From positions 1 through 35,171 of the forward strand of contig VFMC01000014.1 of NCBI GenBank assembly GCA_006515795.1: a DNA stretch of 35,171 bases. Reading direction: 5' to 3'. The position numbers and the translations under genes were made by a program. Numbering within the stretch: position 1 is the stretch's first letter; every line of letters begins with the position of its first letter. A model generated the notes under the pieces. It made no database searches. It saw only the letters and a program-made list of their open reading frames with translations, and was not told the DNA's origin. Positions 17,936-27,508 of the stretch are shown piece after piece. Source of the DNA: Acidimicrobiaceae bacterium (GTDB lineage: Bacteria > Actinomycetota > Acidimicrobiia > Acidimicrobiales > Ilumatobacteraceae).

Positions 17936-17988
17936 CCCAACTTTGTCGGTCTCGACCGGCTGAGCGTGTTGAGACCGACAAAGTTGGG
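17936..17988. terminator. Perfect 18-bp stem hairpin (17-nt loop) between the L,D-transpeptidase and LCP genes
   Basis: cccaactttgtcggtctc (17936-17953) pairs perfectly with gagaccgacaaagttggg (17971-17988). It begins 7 nt after the upstream stop. The arms are unusually AT-rich for this sequence. Confidence 0.5.
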
Positions 17989-18167
17989 CTGACGGTCAGG
18001 GGTCGGACGCCACGAGTATCCTGGCGAGGTCATGTCCGACGCACCCCCGCCCGATTCCCCGTCTCCCGACGCGTCCACGCCAGGTCCCGCCGGCTGAGAT
18101 CGCCCAGGGCGACGAGATCGCAGCAGGCGACGGCGTCGAGGCGACGACGCCGGACGATTCGAGCCAG

Positions 18168-19505
18168 ATGGTCGCCGCGGTCGCCGCGGTCGCCACGGTC
18201 GCCGCGGCAAATGGCCCGAAGCGGCGCCGCCGCCAGCGTCACACCTGGCCGCAGCGAATGTTGCTGACGCTGAACTGCGTCGTCATCCTGGCCTGCTTCG
18301 TCGGGGCGGCCGGGCTGTTGATCAGCCGCCAGCTCGGCAACAGCCTCACCAGGGTCAAACTCGTCACGCCCACCACTGCCCCTGCCATCGCCCGCCCGCC
18401 GGCCACCGACGAGAACGGCGACACCATCCCCGCCAGCGACACCACAGCCGATTCCAGCGCAACGGTCGAGACGTTTCCCGACGCCGACCCCGAGGCGCAG
18501 AACTTCCTGATCACCGGCGCCGACAACAACGCCTGCATCGATCCGAGCTCGCCATACGCGGGCGCGTTCGGCAACCGCGAGACCATGGGTGAGCGCAGCG
18601 ACACGATCATGATCATGCGCGTCGATCCCGCCACCAAGCGGGCCGCGGTGCTGTCGTTCCCCCGCGACCTGTGGGTCACGATCGACGGCAGCAACAGCAA
18701 GAACCGCATCAACACGGCCTACGTGCGCGACGATCCGCAGAAGCTCATCAACACCATCTTCGGCAACTTCGGGCTGGTGGTCGACCACTTCATCCAGATC
18801 GACTTCTGCGCCTTCAAGACCATCGTCGAAGGCCTCGGCGGAGTCACCGTGCCGTTCACCTACCCGGCGCGCGACAAGAACACGGGCCTCAACGTGCCCA
18901 CCAAGGGCTGCTACACCTTCGACGGCGACCACGCCCTGGCCTACGTTCGGTCACGGCACTACCAGTATCAGAACGACGAGGGGAAGTGGAAGGAGGACCC
19001 GGCCAGTGACCTCGGCCGGGTGAGCCGCCAGCAGGACTTCCTGCGACGGGTCCTCACCGCCGCCCTCGACCGCGGCGTCACCGATCCCGGAGTGGCCCGC
19101 AGCCTGATCAAGGCCGCGCAGGAGAACATCGTGGTCGACACCGGCCTGACCCTCACCAGGATGCTGCAGTTCGCCGGCGTGCTGCGCGACTTCGAACCCG
19201 ACGCCATCGCTACGTACCAGATCGAAGCGGTCGGCGACATCATCGGCGGCAACTCTGTCCTGATTCCCAAGATCAAGGGCGACAACATGCGGGCGATCCT
19301 CACCATCTTCCGCGGCGAAGCACCGCTCGCCGGGGCCCCCGAGCAGGTCTTCGACACCACCACCACGACCACCGGCCCGGCTTCGAGATCCACCACCACG
19401 ACTCGGCCCGGGGCCACCACCACCGTGGCGATGCCGACCGTCACGGCGCCGCCGCCCGAAGAGAACGTGATCGGGATCGTGCCTCCCCGGGACGTCAGCT
19501 GCTGA
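18168..19505 (+). CDS. LCP (LytR-CpsA-Psr) family cell-envelope phosphotransferase
   Basis: 445 aa. A basic stretch (KRRRRQRH) and a TM helix (MLLTLNCVVILACFVGAAGLLI) are followed by the LCP core: SDTIMIMRVDPATKRAAVLSFPRDLWV, GFGLVVDHFIQIDFCAFKTIVEGLGGV, and GDHALAYVRSRH. The tail is Thr-rich. The true start may lie upstream (see finding). Confidence 0.85.
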   Translation: MVAAVAAVATVAAANGPKRRRRQRHTWPQRMLLTLNCVVILACFVGAAGLLISRQLGNSLTRVKLVTPTTAPAIARPPATDENGDTIPASDTTADSSATVETFPDADPEAQNFLITGADNNACIDPSSPYAGAFGNRETMGERSDTIMIMRVDPATKRAAVLSFPRDLWVTIDGSNSKNRINTAYVRDDPQKLINTIFGNFGLVVDHFIQIDFCAFKTIVEGLGGVTVPFTYPARDKNTGLNVPTKGCYTFDGDHALAYVRSRHYQYQNDEGKWKEDPASDLGRVSRQQDFLRRVLTAALDRGVTDPGVARSLIKAAQENIVVDTGLTLTRMLQFAGVLRDFEPDAIATYQIEAVGDIIGGNSVLIPKIKGDNMRAILTIFRGEAPLAGAPEQVFDTTTTTTGPASRSTTTTRPGATTTVAMPTVTAPPPEENVIGIVPPRDVSC

Positions 19506-20792
19506 TCATCGGGTGAGCCCGGTCCGCCGCCAAGGGCGACCCGTGTGATCGGTCAGCCCACGATCCGCCGCCGACGCGGCGACAACACGATCACGCCGGC
19601 GAGGAGCGCGGCCGCGGCGAACACGCCCAGCAGGGCGACCTCACCCGCATCGGCGGGCAGCCAATCCGGCCGACCGTTGGCGCCTTCGATGGCAGCGGGA
19701 CGGGCGTCGGGGATCAACTCGGTTCGTCGATCCGGCGCCACGATCAGCTCGTCGACCGCAACCTGCTGTTCGGGCGACAACGTGAACTGGTCATCGAGGG
19801 CGTCGATCGCCGGCCTGGTTCCGAGGTACACGGCGTAGCCACCTGGCGGCAGTCCGGCGAACCGAAAGATCCCTTCGGCGTCGCTCTCGGTCATCGCCAC
19901 CAACGATCCATCGGCACCGACGAGCGTGACGATCACACCGGCTGCGAGTCCCTCGAGTGCACTGACCGAGCTCGCCGCCGAGCCGTCGGCGGACGTCGCC
20001 GCTGTTGTCGCGACGCGACCGCCGTTGCCGTCGAGGTCGTCCCACACCGTGCCGGAGACGGTCGCCGACGGCGTGAAGACGCCGCCCTTCCCGGTCGCCG
20101 AACCCGGCGGAAGCACCACCAGCCGAACTCGTCGATCGACCGGCGCGACGCGTTCGAATCGGTACGCGCCCGACGCGTCGGTGACCGCCGAGGCGAGCGC
20201 CGCGCCACCGCCATCGGTGAGCAGCACGGGGACGTCGCCCAGCCCCGCGTCACCGACATCGCGGTTGCTGTCGCCATTGCCGTCGGACCAGACCACATCG
20301 GCCAACTCCGTCGTCGCCAGCAACGGTATGTCCCAACCAGGATCAGAGGCGCCGTCGAGCGTGACCGGATCGCTCACGGCCCGACCGCCCACGAGAACAC
20401 CTCGATCGACGAACAGTCGAGCGCTCATCAGCTCCGATGGTGCGGTGAACTCCACCGAGTAGACGCCTGGTTCGAGATCGACGAACCGGTAGCGCCCATC
20501 CGCGTCGGTGGTGGTGACCGCCACCTCGCCATCGGCGTCGAGGAGCGTCACCGCGAGACCGCCGACCGGAGCCTCGCCGTCGTCGAACTGGGCGTCGGCA
20601 TCGGTATCGATCCACGCTCGTTTCGAGACCGCCACCGTCAGCGGATCGATCGAAGCGATCGTCTCGATTGTGACCACCGGCAACTTCGCCGCGGCTGCCT
20701 CCGGGGCCGGTCCCGGGACCGGCTCCTCCCCCTCGACGAGTGGCTCGGCGACCTCGAGCGCCACCGGAGTCGCCTCGGCGGTCACGACGATC

Positions 20793-20814
20793 TGATGCAC
20801 CGCTGATGCACCGC
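20793..20814. repeat. 11-bp tandem duplication (tgatgcaccgc x2) that shifts the adhesin frame
   Basis: The copies at 20793-20803 and 20804-20814 are identical. Removing one copy joins ...STASVPALPVAAVHQ to IVVTAEATPVALEVAEPLVEGEE... in a single frame. Confidence 0.85.
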
Positions 20815-22486
20815 GGCAACGGGGAGCGCCGGAACCGAAGCCGTCGACGAGCAGATGACCGTCTCCCCCGGCTGCAACCCGCGCACCCCGACGGTGAGCT
20901 CGGGGCACTCGACGACACCGACGGAATCGTCGCTGAGCAAGACCGAGGCGAATCCGAGGTCACCGATGTTGGCCACGAGATAGGTCATCGCCACCGACGT
21001 GCCGGCGCTTCTGGTGGGCACTGCGGTGGTGGTGTCCTCACCATCGACGAGGACGGTGAGAGCAAGCTCGGGGCTGGGCACGAACAAGTGAGCCGTCGCC
21101 GTGACCTCGCCCGCCCCGACCGGCACACCCGGCACCGTGACCGCGTCGATCGCCGTCGCGGTGGCGACGTGGCGGATCTGTCCGGGCTCGTCGGCACGAT
21201 CGGGGGCGACGCACCAGACCCCATCGCCCGGCGCGAGCACGACACCGGAGCACACGACACCGCTGCCCGCGCCCGCGACCGTCGCCGAATCGAGCGCCAC
21301 AGCGCCGCGATTCACGAGGTGGTAGAGCCACCAAACCGGTTCGCCGAGGGCAACGAGATGGTTGGCCGTCGGATCGGCGCCACCAGCGATCGGGGCACCG
21401 TCCACCTCTGTCAACGGCACCGCCGGCGCACTGTCGAGCACGCCGTTCCCATCGGCATCCGAGCCCGGGGAAGCGGTCACCACGAAAGCGTCGAGCTCCA
21501 ACCCAGCGGCCGTGGCGAACCAGGCGATGTCGTCGGACACCGGATCGATCGCCGTCCGCGCACCGGGCTGTCGCTCGGCCTCGGCGACGAACGTGGCCGT
21601 GCTCGAACCCTGCCCGGCGACGGCTCTGATCGACGCGGAGCAGGTGACGACCTGGCCGACCTCGAGCAGGAACGGCTGGCCGTTGCCACGCGCCGGACCG
21701 TTGCAGTCGATCGCCGCCTGCTCGATCGACTGGTCGGTGACCTGGGCGTTGCTGAGGGGAACGTTGCCGCTGTTGCGCACCACGGCGCTGAAGGCCACGC
21801 CGGCACCGGCAGGCACCACCGGATTGGCCGTTGTGGGGTTGTCCGCGGCGACGTCGTCACCGCAGTCACCGACCGGTCCGTCGTCTCCCGTCGGCTCGTC
21901 GGCAGCGCAACCGTTGGCGAACACCTCGAAGGCGACGGCCGGTGCAGGAACGAACACACCGATGTTGGCGATCGTTCCGGCAACGAAGTCGGCTGCGTCC
22001 GACGAACCGAAGGTGATCGGTGGCGTGATGCCGCGCCCGGTCGATCGCTGGCCGCCGCCGTTGTCACACCGACGATGTCCGTGTGCCGGCCGGTAGCACC
22101 ACGTCGACCAGGTACGTGCCCGGCAGAGGATCGTCGAACCGGTACGTGCCGTCGATCGCGGTCAGCGTTCGCTCCACGATCTCGCCGCCGGCGACCAGCC
22201 GAACGACGACACCGGGAACACCAGGCTCGCCGGGATCGATGATGCCGTCGTCGTCGAGATCGTTCCACACCCGACGACCGATCGTGGTGGAGCGCTGCAG
22301 GCCGAACGCCCCGGGCTCGGTGGGGATGGCCGCGACCAGGCCGCCGGCGACCCCATCGGTTGCCCGAACGGCCACCGGGATCACCAGAACCGGTTGCTCG
22401 CCCTGGTCCACCTCCGTGGACTCGGCCGTGACCGGCAGGTTCGCCGGCAACGTCGCGCCGGTCGTCGCGCCAGCATCGGGATCGGA

Positions 22487-22540
22487 ATCGGGGTCGATCG
22501 TGGCATCGGGGTCGATCGTGGCATCGGGGTCGATCGGTTC
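22487..22540. repeat. 18-bp tandem repeat (~2.8 copies), coding
   Basis: The unit atcggggtcgatcgtggc occurs twice, followed by a partial copy. It encodes IDPDAT-IDPDAT-IDPDS on the minus strand within the adhesin. Confidence 0.85.
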
Positions 22541-24251
22541 TTCGACTTCGCCGTCGTCCTGGCGCAGCACGAACCTGGCCTTCTCGAGGCCGCCGGGTAG
22601 GTAGAGCTCGGCCGTGTAATCGCCCTCCACGAGGTTGCGGAACTGGAAGTCACCGTCGGCTCGGTGAGCCGCCCATCACGGTCGACGTCGAGCCACACGG
22701 TGTCGGCGATCGACAGCACTCGGAACAGCCCGAACGACGCGGTCGATGGTGGCTGATCGAGCTCGACCGCGATCGCCCGCGAGCGGACCGAGCCCGAGGC
22801 GATCTGGTGGCCGCGATCGACTACGCCGAGGGCCGGGTCGAGCGCGGCATCGGAGATCGACCCGCCGGCGACCGGCTCGTAGGGACCGCTGGCGCTGCCG
22901 ATCGTGCCGGTGGAGCTGCCATAGCCGGGGGGCGGGAGGACCTCCACCACGTACCGACCCGCGGGCACACCGCCGAAGTGGTAGCGACCGCCGCCCGCTG
23001 TCTCGTCGGAGTCGAGCGGGGGGCCGTCGGGGAGGTCGTCGCCGTCTTGCTCGGCGAACAGCAGCACCGTCACGCCATCGAGCCCCAACTCGCCGGCACC
23101 CTGGACGCCGTCGTTGTCACCGTCGGACCAGACCACATCGCTGAGCTGATTGTTTGCCGAGTACACGGCTTCGGCGCCGTAGTGCACGTTGCCGGCTTCG
23201 ACACCGACGTGGGCAACGCCGGTGGGCTCACCCGATGCCGCGGGACCGGCACCCGCGGCGACCAACCGCACGATGCGGCGACCCACCGATGTCGCCGCTG
23301 TGGTGGTCGGGAACGTCACGGTCGTGACCGCGCCGGCCCGAAGCTGGGGGATTGCCGCGGCGACGCCAGGGCCAGACTCGACGCGGGCGTCGCTGGTGAA
23401 CTTGTACCGGCCGGCATCGTCGGTGTCGACCGTGAACTCGACCCCGCCGACCGAGAGGACCACCGGGACGCCGCCGATTCCCGGCTCGAGGGCGTTGCGC
23501 ACGCCGTCGCCATCGGCATCGAGCCAGACGGTGTCGGCGATCTCCACAGGAGCTGCGGCTATCGGCGGGTCGACGAGCACCGCCATCTGCACCTCGTCAC
23601 CACCGGCGACCATCTGCACCAGGCCGTCGTTGTCGCGGCCGAGCGGAGCGGGCCGCGGCGCCACTGGCAGCGAACGCGCCTCGATCCGGCACGGGCTGCC
23701 GGGCAGGTCCCTGAACACGTAGTGCCCGTCGCCCCGATCGGTGGCAACTACCGTCGGCGCCTCCACCACGACAACCGACTGGATCTCCTCGGCCCGAACG
23801 CTGTCGGCACCGTCGCCCGTATCACCGCCGGCTCCGCTGCTCGCCGTGCTCCACGCCCGCTGCTCGGCGATCTCCGCGGCATGCGCCGCGTCAACGCCCT
23901 CCAAGATCGCCTCGTCGATTCGACGTTGGACATCGGCCTGCCGCCGCGACCGGTTCGCCTTGCGGGCATCGATCTCCTCACGTCGGGTCGATGCCTCGCG
24001 ATCACCTCGAGACCGGGAACACCATCCTCGGCCGTGCCCGCGCTCGGCGCGCTGCCGCCCACGATCGAAGCGGCCGTTCCAGACGCCACGACCCCGTTGC
24101 GGTCGAACATCCCGTCGGCGTCGCGGTCGTCGAAGATGAACACCTCGATCGACCCGGCAGCGCGCTCGGCCTCGGCCGATGACGACGATCCGTACGGCGG
24201 CACGGTGGCGACGAGCACTCCGAGCAGCGACGCCAAGCCGACGAGTCGCAC

Positions 24252-26447
24252 CCCGCCGCGGCGCTGATGCGAGACCGCACCGACGGTCGGTACGGGCGCG
24301 GCACCGATGGGGGCGCCGGCGGATCCGTCGATGAGATCGACCCGGTGCAGAACGACGCAGTAGGTGTAGAGGGCATCGGCCGAGCTCCTCGACATCGCCC
24401 CGAACTCCACGCCGCACATCGGGCCGTCGCGGTGCGCTCTGATGTTGCGGACGAGCGCTCTCGCTTCCCCCCGGGCCGATTGTCCGCCGGAGGACGGAAC
24501 GTCGAACACGACGTCGAGAACGTCGTTCACCGTGCACGCCGAGCCGTCGTCGAAACGAATTCCTGCGCCGAGGGGCGAGAGGTTCACCAGCACCGCAGCG
24601 CGTCCGCTCACCACGGCGCGAAGGCCCACGTCGATCCGCTCGGATCGACGCAGCAGCGGCCCACCGATGAGACAACGCATCGTGTCGAGGAGCACCGCGA
24701 TCATCCAGAGCGCAACCGCGAGCAATCCAGCGCGCTCGACCGTGGCCATCTCCGGAAGGAACGGCCTCCACCGGTCGACCGCGGCAACGGTCGTCACCGC
24801 GGCCATCACCAGCAGCCCGATGACGAGCGCCCTGTTCTTGAGTGCGTTGCCGGCGCCGCCACGCCGGCCCGACGAGATGCCCGCTCCAGCCAGATCCCGC
24901 CCAGCGCCGAGCAGTGCGGCGAGAGCTGGACCCATCGTGCGCACCGACCAGCGCGCCCGGGCGCCGGGTGGCAACGTGCCGTCGCTGAACCTGTCGATCG
25001 CCGAGGTCTGAAGCAGCAGCCACGGCAGCCACAACGCGCCGATGCCCCACCAGCTCGCCGTGAGCGGCACCGACCCGACTGCCAGCGCGACCGCCAGGAT
25101 CGCGATGAACGCCACCCGCCGTAGCCCGGAGAGCGGGCGAACCATCCACGCCAGGTAGCCAAGTCGCTCCGACAGCCGCAACCCGCCACGCCACAGCGGG
25201 TTCTGTGCCGAGGCCAGGGTCCCCAAGGCCGCCGCGGCGCAGCGGCGGCGTTCGGCCAACACCGCCCGCTCGCTGCTGATCAGCGATGCGATCACCGCTG
25301 GGTGGCGCGGCGCGACGATCCGATGACCACGCGCACGAACGCGGATCGACCACTGCAGCTCCACCGTGCGCCGAGCACGTCGCGACCGCAGCGAGCGCCG
25401 CGCTCGGCTCCGCTCCGAGCTCCAACGCCGGCGACGACGCGCCGACGTGTCGTCGAGCACCGATCGGCGGATGACGCCGCCCGACCCGCAGAACACCGCG
25501 GCACCGCGGGCACCGAGCGCGGGGTTCAGCACCTCCCGTTCGAACTGGAGCTCGTGACGGCCCCGGGGATCGTGCTCGGACGAGTCGACGTCGTCGGTCA
25601 TGAGCCGCGCCTGCGCGACCGCCACCGATGGATCGGCGAACAGCACCGACATCTGTCCCGCGAACCACGGCAGCGGCACGTCGCCGGCGTCGAACACCGC
25701 GATCAGCGGTGCCGACCCGTGCTGTTGAGCCAGGTCGAGGGCGGCAGCGTCGCGCCGGTCGGCCCCGACGACCGACACTCGCGTACCCGCCAAGGCCGCG
25801 ACCGCGGCCTCGAACTGCCCCGAAGCGACCACCGTTATCGAGCGCACGGCGTACATGAACCTGACGCCAGCGAGCGTTGCGTGCAGGTGCCCGATCGGTT
25901 GGGCATCGAACCGAACCACCACGTCGACTGCCGTGTCGAGAGCTGTGTCGATGGCGGTCCGACCGGTCGGTGCGCCGCCCCTGGCACCGCGTCGATCCGT
26001 CGCCACCGCGGTCGTACCGTGCGGTGGCGTGATCGCGAACGCAGCCGTCGGTTCATCGGGATCGACGGCCGACGTCGCGTCTTCGTGGCGGCCGAGGGCG
26101 TCGCGCCGTTCGGCAGCCGCCGTCGGCACGACATCGCCGGGCGCGGCTCGGGTCGCGGAACGCGGATCCGGTCCGGATGGCGGTGACGAGTCGCTCGACG
26201 TCCGCCGCAGCGCGGCGAGCAGCGCGATCACCGCGGCCACACCGGCCACGTCCACGCACAGGGCTGCCACGGCGAGCGCCACCGGCACACCGGTGAGGGT
26301 CGACCGCGCTCTCCACAGGAGGAAGGCGGTACCGACCAGCACCGTGACGACCGCTGTCAGCGGCCGGATCACACGGTGGCGCGGAACCGCGCCTTCATCA
26401 CCTGATCGTTGGCCCACTACACCTGCTCCCCGTGGATGGCGCGACAC
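24252..26447 (-). CDS. BcsA-like family-2 glycosyltransferase-fold membrane protein with a C-terminal PilZ domain; no stop codon before the adhesin segment
   Basis: This is the upper part of ORF 23748..26447, with a GTG start at 26447 (alternative 26372). N-terminal TM pair, then a GT2-like block: VDVVVRFDAQ...AVFDAGDVP...VFCGSGGVIRRSVLDD...ELQWSIRVRARGHRIV...ERRRC. More TM helices follow. The PilZ signature is intact at about 24350-24650: RRSER, then NLSPLG 22 aa later. Confidence 0.65.
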
Positions 26448-26573
26448 GGATCACTCTTCCACGGTTGATCTTCGGCCGCGGAGCGCGCGTACTTGAGAGA
26501 ATCTTTCCAAATCACCGAGCGGGTCGCACGTCATCCCGTAGGGCACCGGGACCGCACGAGTGCGGCGCGGGCA

Positions 26574-27464
26574 TCAGTCGAGCAACGTGGCGAGGGCATC
26601 GACCACCGCTGCGGGTCCGGCTGCCGTGGCCATCCGCGCACCCGTCCTCCGGGCGAACTCCTCGGCTGCCGCGCTGTCACCTTCGGGGGCGATCACCACC
26701 ACCTCCTGCAACTGGGCCGCTGCCGCAACCGAATCGCCCTCGACCGTCGCTCGGCAGTCGCTCAACACGACGACGATCTTGCGGCCGGCGCGGCTGCGAG
26801 CCAACTGATCGGATGCAACGCGCAACGCCCCGGCGAGATCGGTTGTGCCGAAGCCGCGAAGTGCCAGCACGTCGTTCACCACCCGGTCGCTCGACTTGTC
26901 TGCATCCTGGCTCTTGGTGACGACGATGTCGCTGCCGAACGCGACCACGCTGTAGTCGTGTGGTGCCCAGTACGACACCGCTGCCGCGGCGACTGCCGAG
27001 CTGGCCAAGGGCTTGCCACCCATCGACCCGCTCCGATCCAACAGCAGGCACAACGCCGTGCCCGGCTTCGCCCATCCACGAATGCGGAGCCGCTCCGGAT
27101 CGATCGCTCGACCGCGTCCGCCGGCGTCCACCAGCCCATCGAGGCTGGCGTCGAGATCGAGGTCGCCGCCGTCGGGGCGATACTTCCGTTCCACGATCTT
27201 GCCCACTCCGCGTGGGCGCACAGCACCGCGTCGACCGACGTCGAGGAAGAGGCGACCGGCGAGACGTCGAGCGAGCTCGCGCAGCTTCGGATCGGTCGCC
27301 GCGGTGAGATCGGCGATCAGCGCCATCGTCTCGTCGGGGTCGTCGCGCATCGCCGCATCGATCGCCGCCTCGTCGAGCTCGCCCACCTCGGGTGACACCT
27401 GCTCGAAGCGCGGATTGCGGGCCAGCTCGCGGCGTGAGGTGGTCTTGCGCCGGCTCTCGGCCAC
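26574..27464 (-). CDS. von Willebrand factor A (VWA) domain protein, partner of the MoxR ATPase
   Basis: 296 aa. The MIDAS motif is LLLDRSGSMGG (DxSxS), plus GFGTTDLAGAL. The gene sits 44 nt downstream of the AAA+ gene. Confidence 0.8.
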   Translation of the reverse strand: MAESRRKTTSRRELARNPRFEQVSPEVGELDEAAIDAAMRDDPDETMALIADLTAATDPKLRELARRLAGRLFLDVGRRGAVRPRGVGKIVERKYRPDGGDLDLDASLDGLVDAGGRGRAIDPERLRIRGWAKPGTALCLLLDRSGSMGGKPLASSAVAAAAVSYWAPHDYSVVAFGSDIVVTKSQDADKSSDRVVNDVLALRGFGTTDLAGALRVASDQLARSRAGRKIVVVLSDCRATVEGDSVAAAAQLQEVVVIAPEGDSAAAEEFARRTGARMATAAGPAAVVDALATLLD

Positions 27465-27508
27465 GGCCTCGTCGGCCTCCGCACCCTCTTTGGCCCGCGG
27501 CGGGGACC

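Larger units (their letters stand above)
19553..24251 (-). pseudogene. Giant repeat surface protein (SdrD B-like repeats plus DUF11/CARDB-like repeats) with a C-terminal sorting-like signal; reading frame broken at four or more points
   Basis: There are five collinear minus-strand coding segments in shifting frames: 24251 to ~23998, ~23997 to ~22660, ~22655 to 22067, ~22066 to 20804, and 20803 to 19553. The signal-like N-terminus is VRLVGLASLLGVLVATVPPYGSSSSAEA. At least seven repeats fit the pattern VW.D.D.DG...E.G..GV.V.L....G...T.TD..G.Y.F..L..G.Y. The middle repeats resemble NSGNVPLSNAQVTD...C...L..G..V.C. The C-terminus is LPADAGEVALLGVFAAAALLAGVIVLSPRRRR. Confidence 0.7.

Noticed and set aside
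20740-24267. Long plus-strand ORFs 20740..22242 and 22807..24267 opposite the adhesin
   Set aside because: Both are Arg/Gly/Asp/His-rich antisense frames of the repeat adhesin. The minus strand carries recognisable SdrD-B/DUF11-type repeats and the codon bias.
24300-25668. Upper ~450 codons of ORF 22381..25668 (minus)
   Set aside because: This part is an Arg/Gly-rich alternative frame overlapping the GT2-PilZ coding frame. Only the part below about 23998 carries adhesin repeats and proper codon bias.
26448-26573. Possible c-di-GMP riboswitch or terminator in the 126-nt gap upstream of the GT2-PilZ gene
   Set aside because: I could not find the conserved GEMM-type helices or loops by eye. 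There is only a weak 6-bp hairpin (ccgcac/gtgcgg with a 2-nt loop) and a slightly AT-richer patch. That is insufficient support. A covariance-model scan would be needed.
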